This document shows, piece after piece, positions 41,635 through 52,391 of a stretch of 64,000 nt of DNA (position 1 is its first letter; each line of letters opens with the position of its first letter). Both the position numbers and the translations under genes were made by a program. The DNA is from Escherichia coli (GTDB lineage Bacteria; Pseudomonadota; Gammaproteobacteria; Enterobacterales; Enterobacteriaceae). A model generated the notes under the pieces. It did not search any database. It was not told the origin of the DNA and was given only the letters and a program-made list of their open reading frames with translations. The DNA lies in the NCBI RefSeq assembly GCF_045037415.1, contig NZ_CP173438.1; one strand, given 5' to 3'.

Positions 41635-42627
41635 ATGGTTAAATCGACGTCATGTATAACCATTGATTTCATGAATATGTCGCAGCTAACTGAACGGACC
41701 TTTACGCCATCTGAATCTCTCAGCAGCCTGTCACTTTTTCTTAGTCTGGCACGAGGACAGTGTCGGCCGGGTAAATTCTGGCATCGCCGTAGTTTTCGCC
41801 AGAAATTTTTGCTGCGCTCGTTGATTATGCCGCGTTTAAGCGTTGAGTGGATGAACGAACTTTCCCACTGGCCTAATCTCAATGTGTTGTTAACGCGCCA
41901 GCCGCGACTGCCTGTACGTCTACATCGCCCTTACCTTGCGGCGAATCTTAGCCGTAAGCAATTGCTGGAGGCGTTACGTTACCATTATGCGTTACTCCGC
42001 GGGTGTATGTCGGCGGAAGAATTCAGCTTATATTTGAATACCCCCGGGCTGCAACTGGCGAAGCTGGAAGGCAAAAACGGCGAGCAGTTCACGCTTGAGC
42101 TGACCATGATGATCTCAATGGATAAAGAAGGTGACAGCACCATCCTGTTCCGCAACAGCGAAGGTATTCCTCTGGCAGAGCTCACTTTTACCCTGTGTGA
42201 ATATCAGGGGAAAAGGACGATGTTTATTGGCGGACTGCAAGGCGCAAAATGGGAAATTCCACACCAGGAAATCCAGAATGCGACGAAAGCCTGCCACGGG
42301 CTATTTCCCAAACGCCTCGTGATGGAAGCGGCCTGTCTGTTTGCCCAACGTTTGCAGGTAGAGCAGATTATTGCCGTCAGCAATGAAACGCATATTTACC
42401 GCAGCCTGCGTTATCGCGATAAAGAAGGCAAGATCCATGCCGATTACAACGCTTTCTGGGAATCGGTTGGCGGCGTATGTGATGCTGAACGCCATTACCG
42501 CCTTCCAGCACAGATAGCACGAAAAGAGATTGCCGAAATCGCCAGTAAAAAACGGGCTGAATACCGTCGGCGCTATGAGATGCTCGACGCTATTCAGCCA
42601 CAAATGGCCACGATGTTTTGTAGTTAG
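41635..42627 (+). CDS. ybjX: VirK/YbjX-family protein (DUF535)
   Basis: 330 aa, conserved neighbour of macA in E. coli. Confidence 0.85.
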   Translation: MVKSTSCITIDFMNMSQLTERTFTPSESLSSLSLFLSLARGQCRPGKFWHRRSFRQKFLLRSLIMPRLSVEWMNELSHWPNLNVLLTRQPRLPVRLHRPYLAANLSRKQLLEALRYHYALLRGCMSAEEFSLYLNTPGLQLAKLEGKNGEQFTLELTMMISMDKEGDSTILFRNSEGIPLAELTFTLCEYQGKRTMFIGGLQGAKWEIPHQEIQNATKACHGLFPKRLVMEAACLFAQRLQVEQIIAVSNETHIYRSLRYRDKEGKIHADYNAFWESVGGVCDAERHYRLPAQIARKEIAEIASKKRAEYRRRYEMLDAIQPQMATMFCS

Positions 42628-44282
42628 TCGGCCCGACCGCGCGCCAGCCACAGCACGCGTGAGAACATTTTTTTCAGCAGCGTCGGTACGGAGTCCACAC
42701 CACGACGTCCGGCCTCCATTGCCACTTCAATGGCAAGATCGGGTTTGGAAGAGCGATGGATCGCTTTCGAGATAATTTTGCGCAGATTCATCGGTATATT
42801 TTCCGGGATTTGCGCCACGCGGTGGAACACATCGGAAAATCCCTGGCGATACATAAAATGTTCCATATCCAGCGCCGGTAACGCCGTTAAATGTTCTCGT
42901 TCGGCTTCCCGATCATTATTCAACAGGCTGCGTACCGTAGCGGCATATTTCTTCCCTGCTTCATCGCCATCGACCAGTACATGCCATTCAATCCCCATTC
43001 GCCGGGCAAATTTAACCAGTGGCTTTAGCCCGGACTGGGCAAACTCAATGACCTTGATCCCTTCGGCATCAAAATGATGTCCGCACTGACGCGCCAGTTC
43101 ATTGATAACCCAGGTTTCCGTTTCCCCTTCCACCAGCAGCCAACAACGGGCAAACAGCGATGACGGACGGTTAAAACGAATGTGAAAGGAGATGCGTCGG
43201 CTATCTTCGGTACTCAAGCCACTCGGTCCCAGACGCCAGGCGGCAACGCGAGAGGACTCACGTACCAGTCGGCAAACATGCTCTACCGGCGTTAACGAAA
43301 GCAACTCTCCCGAGTTGGTAGTAGCGATGCGCTGCAATGGCAGAAGGTTCAACAGATGCCAGGCAACTGAAAGCATAATGGGGTGCAAACGGGTTTCTGG
43401 ATCTTCGATCAGCAACAATGGACGGGCGTCTTTATCCAGTCGCAATGTGCCTTTTGCCTGCAACAAAGTAGCAAACAGGCCGAGCAAAATAACCCGATAC
43501 GAGCGCCCTCCAGGTCGGTCAATCATCCGGTTGATGATATCCAGATAGCGCCAGCTTCGTTGCTCATTGCTGGCTCGCCGCCGCATTAAACGATATCGCG
43601 CCTGTCCAGCTCCCTGCTCAGAAAAATAATGCTCAAGCAGTTGCACCATTGCGGAAAGTCCCTGACGAATCTGTCCATCAGAGAGATTTTGCGGATGTGA
43701 GGACAACTCACGGGCGAGGAAATCGAGCTGGCGCGCGGTGACTTCCACATTGGGGACATTTGGCACCGTGCCGTTACGAATACGGCGCATAAAACGGGCA
43801 TCACGCAAGCGCAGCACCGGCATTAAACGCACCAGATGACGAGCCTGATCGTTAATATCCTCAACATCAATCGGATGTCCGTCTTTATCGAGAAAACTGC
43901 GCAGTGTCATCACGCTGCCGTCTTCCGCACTCTCCCCTTCCAGACGATAAAAAATACGGTGATAACCATCGGTGCATGGCGTCCAGCACGCTTCCAGCGG
44001 CCGATAGCGGCGAACCCGATGTCGGCCTGGCAGCGATTCGCGGAAGGTCAAAATAATATGCAGATGATGTTCTCGCCCGTTGATATCTCCCGGCGGGAAC
44101 CAGAAATCATCGCGCTCAAAATGGTAGAGATCTGATTCTGGCGATAGCAGCAGGGTTAAGGCGTCCAGCAAGCTGGATTTACCCCACGCGTTCTCCCCAA
44201 TCAGGACGTTGTTTTGTTCCAGCATCAACGACAAACGGTTGATACCGCGAAAACCCACAATTTCAACGCGCTCAAGAATCAT
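42624..44282 (-). CDS. ybjD: OLD-family ATP-dependent endonuclease-like protein (AAA ATPase + TOPRIM-like)
   Basis: 552 aa, N-terminal ...IVGFRGINRLSLMLEQNNVLIGENAWGKSSLLDAL... ATPase motif; conserved between ybjX and aqpZ. Confidence 0.85.
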   Translation of the reverse strand: MILERVEIVGFRGINRLSLMLEQNNVLIGENAWGKSSLLDALTLLLSPESDLYHFERDDFWFPPGDINGREHHLHIILTFRESLPGRHRVRRYRPLEACWTPCTDGYHRIFYRLEGESAEDGSVMTLRSFLDKDGHPIDVEDINDQARHLVRLMPVLRLRDARFMRRIRNGTVPNVPNVEVTARQLDFLARELSSHPQNLSDGQIRQGLSAMVQLLEHYFSEQGAGQARYRLMRRRASNEQRSWRYLDIINRMIDRPGGRSYRVILLGLFATLLQAKGTLRLDKDARPLLLIEDPETRLHPIMLSVAWHLLNLLPLQRIATTNSGELLSLTPVEHVCRLVRESSRVAAWRLGPSGLSTEDSRRISFHIRFNRPSSLFARCWLLVEGETETWVINELARQCGHHFDAEGIKVIEFAQSGLKPLVKFARRMGIEWHVLVDGDEAGKKYAATVRSLLNNDREAEREHLTALPALDMEHFMYRQGFSDVFHRVAQIPENIPMNLRKIISKAIHRSSKPDLAIEVAMEAGRRGVDSVPTLLKKMFSRVLWLARGRAD

Positions 44283-44706
44283 ATCCCCTCCAGAAATATG
44301 TGACTTATTCTTTACGCTGGCAGTATAACGGGAAAGGCCTGCTAATACGTGATGGCATCACATTTAAGCATGGCAAATGTCTGAAAAATGAGCGAATAAT
44401 CGCGTTATACTCCCTCTTGCTGATAAGCCTGCAAAAACAACAAAATCAAATAATTAGCATGATAAATTATTTTTTATTACGCCTAAAGGATTAAATCTTT
44501 CGCTTGCACTACACTGTCAATCAGACAAATGACTATATGGGGCAACCCGCTGTTGCCCTAAATCAAATTTACTGGATTTATTTATCTGGCGAATGATTTG
44601 CCTTCGTTTTTAAAATAGCCGCGCATTATTTCCGTCGTCACTTTTTTACGACGACCCTATAAAACGACCATATTTTTCACAGGGTCAATTTTTAATTGAG
44701 GTGGAT

Positions 44707-45402
44707 ATGTTCAGAAAATTAGCAGCTGAATGTTTTGGTACTTTCTGGCTTGTTTTTGGCGGCTGTGGTAGTGCCGTACTGGCCGCAGGCTTCCCGGAAT
44801 TAGGCATTGGTTTTGCCGGCGTGGCGTTGGCGTTCGGTCTGACCGTTCTGACAATGGCCTTTGCTGTTGGTCATATTTCTGGTGGTCATTTTAACCCGGC
44901 GGTCACTATTGGTTTATGGGCTGGCGGACGTTTCCCGGCAAAAGAAGTCGTTGGCTACGTAATTGCCCAGGTTGTCGGCGGTATTGTTGCGGCGGCGCTG
45001 CTGTATTTAATTGCCAGTGGTAAAACGGGTTTTGACGCGGCAGCCAGCGGTTTTGCTTCTAACGGTTATGGCGAGCATTCACCAGGCGGTTATTCCATGC
45101 TTTCCGCGCTGGTAGTTGAACTGGTATTGAGTGCAGGTTTCCTGCTGGTGATCCACGGCGCAACTGACAAATTCGCTCCTGCTGGTTTTGCGCCAATTGC
45201 CATTGGTCTGGCCTTAACCCTGATTCACTTAATCAGTATTCCGGTGACTAACACTTCCGTTAACCCGGCGCGCAGTACTGCGGTTGCTATCTTCCAGGGC
45301 GGCTGGGCATTAAAACAACTGTGGTTCTTCTGGGTGGTGCCAATTGTCGGCGGTATTATCGGTGGTCTGATTTACCGGACTCTACTGGAAAAGCGTAATT
45401 AA
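44707..45402 (+). CDS. aqpZ: aquaporin Z
   Basis: [27 protein letters not shown]..., two NPA motifs (HFNPAV, VNPAR). Confidence 0.97.
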   Translation: MFRKLAAECFGTFWLVFGGCGSAVLAAGFPELGIGFAGVALAFGLTVLTMAFAVGHISGGHFNPAVTIGLWAGGRFPAKEVVGYVIAQVVGGIVAAALLYLIASGKTGFDAAASGFASNGYGEHSPGGYSMLSALVVELVLSAGFLLVIHGATDKFAPAGFAPIAIGLALTLIHLISIPVTNTSVNPARSTAVAIFQGGWALKQLWFFWVVPIVGGIIGGLIYRTLLEKRN

Positions 45403-45410
45403 TTAACGCA

Positions 45411-45441
45411 GAAGGCCTGGCGCAATGTCAGGCCTTTTTTT
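45411..45441 (+). terminator. aqpZ rho-independent terminator
   Basis: GAAGGCCTGGCGCAATGTCAGGCCTTTTTTT. Confidence 0.65.
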
Positions 45442-45489
45442 AAGATGTTGTTATATGTTGATTCATCATCTTGTTGCGCTCCTTTCATG

Positions 45490-45665
45490 AGCTAAGCCAC
45501 ATATTGCCACTGGCGCAAGGAGCGTGCAGGGGGCGGCCAATCGCCGCCGCCCCCTGCACCCCCGGGCTCTGGCGAACAAAATCGCCGCTGCGCGGTGCCC
45601 TCGACTTATCCCTTACGGCTACCGGGTCGGCGATTTTGACGCCACCAACACCGGTGCGGTTTGTA
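45490..45665. other. GC-rich, highly structured intergenic element (nested perfect hairpins)
   Basis: 14-bp perfect stem GTGCAGGGGGCGGC/GCCGCCCCCTGCAC and 10-bp stem AAAATCGCCG/CGGCGATTTT in an otherwise AT-rich intergenic region. Confidence 0.5.
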
Positions 45666-45816
45666 ATTAAAGCGCAAGAATATCTTTAAATGAAAATGAA
45701 TACCCTACCGATCCTTATGCATAACATTTCCTTTTAATTGCAACTTTACTCGTCCTTCCGCTTTCAGTAGTGTGTCATCGCGCATTTCGAATCTTCTTTG
45801 CAAGGACTGGGTTTTC

Positions 45817-46716
45817 ATGTTTTCTGGGCTGTTAATCATTCTGGTTCCCCTGATTGTGGGTTACCTCATTCCGCTTCGCCAAAAAGCTGCATTAAGAGTT
45901 ATTAATCAGCTCTTAAGCTGGATGGTTTACCTTATTCTCTTTTTTATGGGTATCAGTCTGGCGTTTCTCGATAACCTCGCCAGTAACTTGTTGGCAATTC
46001 TGCATTATTCTGCCGTCAGTACTACCGTTATTTTACTGTGTAATATTGCCGCCCTGATGTGGCTGGAGCGCGGCCTGCCATGGAGCAACCACCATCAGCA
46101 AGAAAAACTCCCGTCGCGTATTGCGATGGCGCTGGAGTCGCTAAAACTGTGCGGCGTAGTAGTGATTGGTTTTGCCATTGGTCTGAGTGGACTGGCTTTC
46201 TTACAACACGCGACCGAAGCCAGTGAATACACCTTAATTCTGCTGCTTTTCCTCGTCGGTATTCAGTTGCGCAATAATGGCATGACCTTAAAGCAGATTG
46301 TCCTTAATCGCCGGGGAATGATTGTCGCCGTGGTGGTGGTTGCCAGTTCATTAATTGGTGGTTTAATTAACGCCTTTATTCTTGATCTTCCCATCAATAC
46401 CGCGCTGGCAATGGCCTCCGGTTTCGGCTGGTATTCTCTTTCCGGTATTTTATTGACCGAATCTTTTGGTCCGGTAATCGGGAGCGCGGCGTTTTTTAAT
46501 GATCTGGCCCGTGAGCTGATTGCTATTATGTTAATCCCTGGGCTGATTCGCCGTAGCCGCTCTACTGCACTGGGCTTATGCGGTGCGACGTCGATGGATT
46601 TCACCCTGCCCGTTCTTCAACGTACAGGCGGGCTGGATATGGTCCCGGCGGCGATTGTTCACGGTTTTATTCTTAGTCTGTTAGTGCCGATTCTCATCGC
46701 CTTTTTCTCTGCATAA
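45817..46716 (+). CDS. lysO: lysine exporter LysO
   Basis: MFSGLLIILVPLIVGYLIPLRQK...; polytopic membrane protein, 299 aa from this start. Confidence 0.9.
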   Translation: MFSGLLIILVPLIVGYLIPLRQKAALRVINQLLSWMVYLILFFMGISLAFLDNLASNLLAILHYSAVSTTVILLCNIAALMWLERGLPWSNHHQQEKLPSRIAMALESLKLCGVVVIGFAIGLSGLAFLQHATEASEYTLILLLFLVGIQLRNNGMTLKQIVLNRRGMIVAVVVVASSLIGGLINAFILDLPINTALAMASGFGWYSLSGILLTESFGPVIGSAAFFNDLARELIAIMLIPGLIRRSRSTALGLCGATSMDFTLPVLQRTGGLDMVPAAIVHGFILSLLVPILIAFFSA

Positions 46717-46749
46717 TACCTCTCTGGCGGTAGATCTCTGCCGCCAAAA

Positions 46750-46763
46750 TTGCGCTAAATCAA
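46750..46763 (+). promoter_or_regulatory. candidate FNR half-site pair upstream of hcp
   Basis: TTGCGCTAAATCAA approximates TTGAT-N4-ATCAA; hcp is known to be FNR-dependent. Confidence 0.3.
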
Positions 46764-46859
46764 TCTCCCTTAAAGTTGCATTAAAAATCTCTTTTATCCC
46801 CGCGTTAAGCGTCTTAACCTTAAACATGTATATTAAATATAACTTTAAAAGGTGTGATC

Positions 46860-48512
46860 ATGTTTTGTGTGCAATGTGAACAAACTATCCGTACTCCGGC
46901 AGGAAACGGCTGCTCATACGCGCAGGGGATGTGTGGTAAAACGGCGGAAACCTCTGACCTTCAGGATTTACTCATCGCGACGCTGCAAGGGCTTTCGGCC
47001 TGGGCAGTGAAAGCACGTGAATACGGCATCATCAACCACGATGTAGACAGCTTTGCGCCACGTGCCTTTTTCTCAACCCTGACCAACGTTAACTTCGATT
47101 CTCCGCGTATTATCGGCTACGCTCGTGAAGCGATTGCCCTGCGCGAGGCGCTGAAAGCACAATGCCTGGCTGTAGATGCCAACGCCCGCGTCGATAACCC
47201 GATGGCTGACCTGCAACTGGTGAGCGACGATCTCGGCGAGCTGCAACGTCAGGCAGCAGAATTTACCCCTAACAAAGATAAAGCGGCGATTGGCGAAAAC
47301 ATTCTCGGCCTGCGTCTGCTGTGCCTGTATGGCCTGAAAGGTGCGGCGGCCTATATGGAACACGCGCATGTTCTCGGTCAATACGACAACGATATTTATG
47401 CCCAGTACCATAAAATCATGGCGTGGCTGGGGACCTGGCCTGCCGATATGAACGCGCTTCTTGAGTGTTCAATGGAAATCGGCCAGATGAACTTCAAAGT
47501 GATGAGCATTCTGGACGCAGGCGAAACCGGTAAATACGGTCACCCGACCCCAACCCAGGTCAATGTCAAAGCGACGGCAGGTAAATGCATCCTGATTTCC
47601 GGTCACGATCTCAAAGATCTCTACAACCTGCTGGAACAGACCGAAGGCACGGGCGTTAATGTCTACACCCACGGCGAAATGCTGCCTGCGCATGGTTACC
47701 CGGAGCTGCGTAAATTCAAGCATCTGGTCGGTAACTACGGCAGCGGCTGGCAGAATCAGCAAGTGGAGTTCGCTCGTTTCCCAGGCCCCATCGTGATGAC
47801 CTCGAACTGCATCATCGACCCAACCGTAGGCGCTTATGACGATCGTATCTGGACCCGCAGCATCGTTGGCTGGCCGGGTGTGCGCCATCTGGATGGCGAA
47901 GATTTCTCTGCGGTCATTGCCCAGGCGCAACAGATGGCGGGCTTCCCGTACAGCGAAATTCCGCACCTGATCACCGTGGGCTTTGGTCGCCAGACACTGC
48001 TTGGCGCAGCCGATACGCTGATTGATCTGGTGAGCCGTGAAAAACTGCGTCATATCTTCCTGCTTGGCGGCTGTGACGGCGCACGCGGCGAGCGTCACTA
48101 CTTCACCGATTTCGCCACCAGCGTGCCGGATGACTGCCTGATCCTGACCCTCGCTTGCGGTAAATATCGCTTTAATAAACTTGAGTTTGGCGATATCGAA
48201 GGTCTGCCGCGTCTGGTAGATGCTGGTCAGTGTAACGATGCTTACTCAGCAATTATTCTGGCGGTAACGCTGGCAGAGAAACTGGGCTGCGGAGTCAACG
48301 ATCTGCCGCTGTCGCTGGTGCTCTCCTGGTTTGAACAGAAAGCGATTGTCATTCTGCTGACGCTGCTTTCTCTGGGTGTGAAAAATATCGTCACCGGCCC
48401 GACTGCACCTGGTTTCCTGACACCAGACCTGCTGGCGGTGCTGAACGAGAAATTCGGCCTGCGTTCTATCACCACTGTTGAAGAAGACATGAAGCAACTG
48501 TTGAGCGCGTAA
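46860..48512 (+). CDS. hcp: hybrid-cluster protein (hydroxylamine reductase)
   Basis: [27 protein letters not shown]... N-terminal Cys cluster. Confidence 0.96.
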   Translation: MFCVQCEQTIRTPAGNGCSYAQGMCGKTAETSDLQDLLIATLQGLSAWAVKAREYGIINHDVDSFAPRAFFSTLTNVNFDSPRIIGYAREAIALREALKAQCLAVDANARVDNPMADLQLVSDDLGELQRQAAEFTPNKDKAAIGENILGLRLLCLYGLKGAAAYMEHAHVLGQYDNDIYAQYHKIMAWLGTWPADMNALLECSMEIGQMNFKVMSILDAGETGKYGHPTPTQVNVKATAGKCILISGHDLKDLYNLLEQTEGTGVNVYTHGEMLPAHGYPELRKFKHLVGNYGSGWQNQQVEFARFPGPIVMTSNCIIDPTVGAYDDRIWTRSIVGWPGVRHLDGEDFSAVIAQAQQMAGFPYSEIPHLITVGFGRQTLLGAADTLIDLVSREKLRHIFLLGGCDGARGERHYFTDFATSVPDDCLILTLACGKYRFNKLEFGDIEGLPRLVDAGQCNDAYSAIILAVTLAEKLGCGVNDLPLSLVLSWFEQKAIVILLTLLSLGVKNIVTGPTAPGFLTPDLLAVLNEKFGLRSITTVEEDMKQLLSA

Positions 48513-48523
48513 GGAGTTTGTCG

Positions 48524-49492
48524 ATGACGATGCCAACGAATCAATGCCCGTGGCGGATGCAGGTTCATCACATTACGCAAGAAACGCCGGATGTGTGGAC
48601 GATTTCCCTGATTTGCCACGATTACTACCCGTATCGCGCCGGGCAATATGCGCTGGTCAGCGTGCGAAACTCAGCAGAAACGCTGCGTGCTTACACCATT
48701 TCCTCCACGCCAGGCGTGAGTGAATACATCACCCTGACTGTGCGGCGGATTGATGACGGTGTCGGCTCCCGGTGGCTGACGCGCGATGTAAAACGCGGTG
48801 ATTATCTCTGGCTTTCGGACGCGATGGGGGAATTTACCTGCGACGATAAAGCAGAAGATAAATTCCTGTTGCTGGCGGCAGGCTGCGGCGTCACGCCGAT
48901 TATGTCGATGCGTCGCTGGCTGGCGAAGAACCGTCCACAGGCCGATGTGCAGGTGATCTACAACGTGCGTACGCCGCAGGATGTGATTTTCGCCGATGAG
49001 TGGCGTAACTATCCGGTAACGCTGGTGGCGGAAAATAACGTTACCGAAGGCTTTATCGCTGGTCGTCTCACTCGCGAACTGCTGGCAGGTGTCCCTGATT
49101 TAGCCTCACGTACCGTGATGACCTGTGGCCCTGCTCCATATATGGATTGGGTAGAGCAGGAAGTGAAAACGCTCGGCGTGACGCGTTTCTTTAAAGAGAA
49201 ATTCTTCACCCCAGTAGCGGAAGCGGCGACCAGCGGTCTGAAATTCACCAAACTGCAACCGGCACGAGAATTTTACGCTCCGGTTGGCACCACGCTACTG
49301 GAGGCGCTGGAAAGCAATAACGTTCCGGTTGTCGCCGCCTGCCGTGCGGGTGTTTGCGGCTGCTGTAAGACGAAAGTGATTTCCGGTGAATATACGGTGA
49401 GCAGCACAATGACGCTGACCGACGCCGAAATCGCTGAAGGTTACGTACTGGCCTGCTCATGCCATCCGCAGGGGGATTTGGTTTTCGCATAA
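48524..49492 (+). CDS. hcr: NADH oxidoreductase for Hcp
   Basis: MTMPTNQCPWRMQVHHITQETPDVW...; C-terminal 2Fe-2S ferredoxin Cys motif (CRAGVCGCC). Confidence 0.95.
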   Translation: MTMPTNQCPWRMQVHHITQETPDVWTISLICHDYYPYRAGQYALVSVRNSAETLRAYTISSTPGVSEYITLTVRRIDDGVGSRWLTRDVKRGDYLWLSDAMGEFTCDDKAEDKFLLLAAGCGVTPIMSMRRWLAKNRPQADVQVIYNVRTPQDVIFADEWRNYPVTLVAENNVTEGFIAGRLTRELLAGVPDLASRTVMTCGPAPYMDWVEQEVKTLGVTRFFKEKFFTPVAEAATSGLKFTKLQPAREFYAPVGTTLLEALESNNVPVVAACRAGVCGCCKTKVISGEYTVSSTMTLTDAEIAEGYVLACSCHPQGDLVFA

Positions 49493-49624
49493 TCGCCTGA
49501 TGCCCGATGATATTCCTTTCATCGGGCTATTTAACCGTTAGTGCCTCCTTTTTCTCCCATCCCTTCCCCCTCCGTCAGATGAACTAAACTTGTTACCGTT
49601 ATCACATTCAGGAGATGGAGAACC

Positions 49625-51343
49625 ATGAAACAAACGGTTGCAGCTTATATCGCCAAAACACTCGAATCGGCAGGCGTGAAACGCATCTGGGGAGTCACGG
49701 GCGACTCTCTGAACGGTCTTAGTGACAGTCTTAATCGCATGGGCACCATCGAGTGGATGTCCACCCGGCATGAAGAAGTGGCGGCATTTGCCGCTGGCGC
49801 TGAAGCACAACTTAGCGGAGAACTGGCGGTCTGTGCCGGATCGTGCGGTCCCGGCAACCTGCACTTAATCAACGGCCTGTTCGATTGCCACCGCAATCAC
49901 GTTCCGGTACTGGCGATTGCCGCTCATATTCCCTCCAGCGAAATTGGCAGCGGCTATTTCCAGGAAACCCACCCACAAGAGCTATTCCGCGAATGTAGTC
50001 ACTATTGCGAGCTGGTTTCCAGCCCAGAGCAGATCCCACAAGTGCTGGCAATTGCTATGCGCAAAGCGGTGCTTAACCGTGGCGTTTCCGTTGTTGTGTT
50101 ACCGGGCGATGTGGCGTTAAAACCTGCGCCAGAAGGGGCAACTACCCACTGGTATCATGCGCCACAGCCGGTAGTAACACCGGAAGAAGAAGAGTTACGC
50201 AAACTGGCGCAACTGCTGCGTTATTCCAGCAATATCGCCCTGATGTGTGGCAGCGGCTGTGCGGGGGCGCATAAAGAGTTAGTTGAGTTTGCCGGGAAAA
50301 TTAAAGCGCCTATAGTCCATGCCCTGCGCGGTAAAGAACATGTCGAATACGATAATCCATATGATGTTGGAATGACGGGATTAATCGGCTTTTCGTCAGG
50401 TTTCCATACCATGATGAACGCCGATACGTTAGTGCTGCTCGGTACTCAGTTTCCCTACCGTGTGTTCTACCCGACCGATGCCAAAATTATTCAGATTGAT
50501 ATCAACCCAGCCAGCATCGGCGCGCATAGCAAGGTAGATATGGCGCTGGTCGGCGATATCAAATCAACCCTGCGCGCATTGCTGCCACTGGTGGAAGAAA
50601 AAACCGAACGCAAGTTTCTGGATAAGGCGCTGGAAGATTACCGCGACGCCCGCAAAGGGCTGGACGATTTAGCTAAACCGAGCGAGAAAGCCATTCACCC
50701 GCAATATCTGGCGCAGCAAATTAGTCATTTTGCCGCCGATGACGCTATTTTCACCTGTGACGTTGGTACGCCAACGGTGTGGGCGGCACGTTATCTAAAA
50801 ATGAACGGCAAGCGTCGCCTGTTAGGTTCGTTTAACCATGGTTCGATGGCTAACGCCATGCCGCAGGCGCTGGGCGCGCAGGCAACCGAGCCAGAACGCC
50901 AGGTGGTCGCCATGTGCGGCGATGGCGGTTTTAGCATGTTGATGGGCGATTTCCTCTCGGTAGTGCAAATGAAGCTGCCAGTGAAAATTATCGTCTTTAA
51001 TAACAGCGTGCTGGGCTTTGTGGCGATGGAGATGAAAGCTGGTGGCTATTTGACTGACGGCACCGAACTACACGACACCAACTTTGCCCGAATTGCCGAA
51101 GCCTGCGGCATTACGGGTATCCGCGTAGAAAAAGCGTCTGAAATCGATGAAGCCCTGCAACGCGCCTTCTCCATCGACGGTCCGGTGTTGGTGGATGTGG
51201 TGGTCGCCAAAGAAGAATTAGCCATTCCACCGCAGATCAAACTCGAACAGGCCAAAGGTTTCAGCCTGTATATGCTGCGCGCAATCATCAGCGGGCGCGG
51301 TGATGAAGTGATCGAACTGGCGAAAACGAACTGGCTAAGGTAA
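49625..51343 (+). CDS. poxB: pyruvate oxidase (ubiquinone-dependent pyruvate dehydrogenase)
   Basis: 572 aa, [32 protein letters not shown]..., TPP enzyme. Confidence 0.97.
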   Translation: MKQTVAAYIAKTLESAGVKRIWGVTGDSLNGLSDSLNRMGTIEWMSTRHEEVAAFAAGAEAQLSGELAVCAGSCGPGNLHLINGLFDCHRNHVPVLAIAAHIPSSEIGSGYFQETHPQELFRECSHYCELVSSPEQIPQVLAIAMRKAVLNRGVSVVVLPGDVALKPAPEGATTHWYHAPQPVVTPEEEELRKLAQLLRYSSNIALMCGSGCAGAHKELVEFAGKIKAPIVHALRGKEHVEYDNPYDVGMTGLIGFSSGFHTMMNADTLVLLGTQFPYRVFYPTDAKIIQIDINPASIGAHSKVDMALVGDIKSTLRALLPLVEEKTERKFLDKALEDYRDARKGLDDLAKPSEKAIHPQYLAQQISHFAADDAIFTCDVGTPTVWAARYLKMNGKRRLLGSFNHGSMANAMPQALGAQATEPERQVVAMCGDGGFSMLMGDFLSVVQMKLPVKIIVFNNSVLGFVAMEMKAGGYLTDGTELHDTNFARIAEACGITGIRVEKASEIDEALQRAFSIDGPVLVDVVVAKEELAIPPQIKLEQAKGFSLYMLRAIISGRGDEVIELAKTNWLR

Positions 51344-51379
51344 AAAGGGTGGCATTTCCCGTCATAATAAGGACATGCC

Positions 51380-52381
51380 ATGATTGATTTACGCAGTGAT
51401 ACCGTTACCCGACCGAGCCGCGCCATGCTCGAAGCGATGATGGCCGCCCCGGTTGGGGACGACGTTTATGGAGACGACCCTACCGTTAATGCTCTGCAGG
51501 ACTATGCAGCAGAGCTTTCCGGTAAAGAAGCCGCCATTTTTCTGCCTACCGGCACTCAGGCCAACCTGGTCGCTCTGCTCAGTCACTGCGAACGCGGCGA
51601 AGAGTATATCGTCGGTCAGGCCGCGCATAACTATCTGTTTGAAGCCGGTGGCGCAGCAGTACTGGGCAGTATTCAGCCGCAACCCATCGACGCAGCTGCC
51701 GACGGTACGCTACCGCTGGATAAAGTGGCGATGAAAATCAAACCCGACGATATCCATTTCGCCCGCACCAAATTACTCAGTCTGGAAAACACCCACAACG
51801 GCAAAGTGCTGCCGCGTGAATACCTGAAAGAAGCATGGGAATTTACCCGCGAGCGCAATCTGGCGCTGCACGTTGACGGTGCGCGCATTTTTAATGCCGT
51901 GGTGGCTTACGGCTGCGAACTGAAAGAGATCACGCAATATTGTGACTCGTTCACCATTTGCCTGTCGAAAGGTCTTGGGACGCCAGTCGGTTCATTACTC
52001 GTCGGTAATCGTGATTACATTAAACGTGCCATTCGCTGGCGGAAAATGACAGGTGGCGGGATGCGTCAGTCCGGCATTCTGGCTGCCGCCGGGATGTATG
52101 CGCTGAAAAATAACGTCGCACGTTTGCAGGAAGACCACGATAACGCCGCCTGGATGGCGGAGCAGTTGCGTGAAGCAGGCGCGGATGTGATGCGTCAGGA
52201 CACCAATATGCTGTTTGTTCGCGTCGGGGAAGAAAATGCTGCCGCGTTAGGCGAATACATGAAAGCGAGAAACGTGCTGATTAACGCCTCGCCGATTGTC
52301 CGCCTGGTGACCCATCTTGACGTCTCGCGTGAACAACTGGCGGAAGTTGCCGCCCACTGGCGTGCGTTCCTGGCGCGTTAA
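51380..52381 (+). CDS. ltaE: low-specificity L-threonine aldolase
   Basis: 333 aa, [54 protein letters not shown]... Confidence 0.95.
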   Translation: MIDLRSDTVTRPSRAMLEAMMAAPVGDDVYGDDPTVNALQDYAAELSGKEAAIFLPTGTQANLVALLSHCERGEEYIVGQAAHNYLFEAGGAAVLGSIQPQPIDAAADGTLPLDKVAMKIKPDDIHFARTKLLSLENTHNGKVLPREYLKEAWEFTRERNLALHVDGARIFNAVVAYGCELKEITQYCDSFTICLSKGLGTPVGSLLVGNRDYIKRAIRWRKMTGGGMRQSGILAAAGMYALKNNVARLQEDHDNAAWMAEQLREAGADVMRQDTNMLFVRVGEENAAALGEYMKARNVLINASPIVRLVTHLDVSREQLAEVAAHWRAFLAR

Positions 52382-52391
52382 GGAGAGAGAC

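Noticed and set aside
44300-44494. 64-aa ORF in the ybjD-aqpZ divergent intergenic region
   Set aside because: AT-rich promoter region, no convincing RBS, low-complexity hydrophobic translation; K-12 has no gene here as far as I recall.
45471-45689. 72-aa ORF overlapping the GC-rich hairpin element
   Set aside because: The open frame is probably a by-product of GC-rich palindromic DNA; no start context. The element itself is reported as a structural finding instead.
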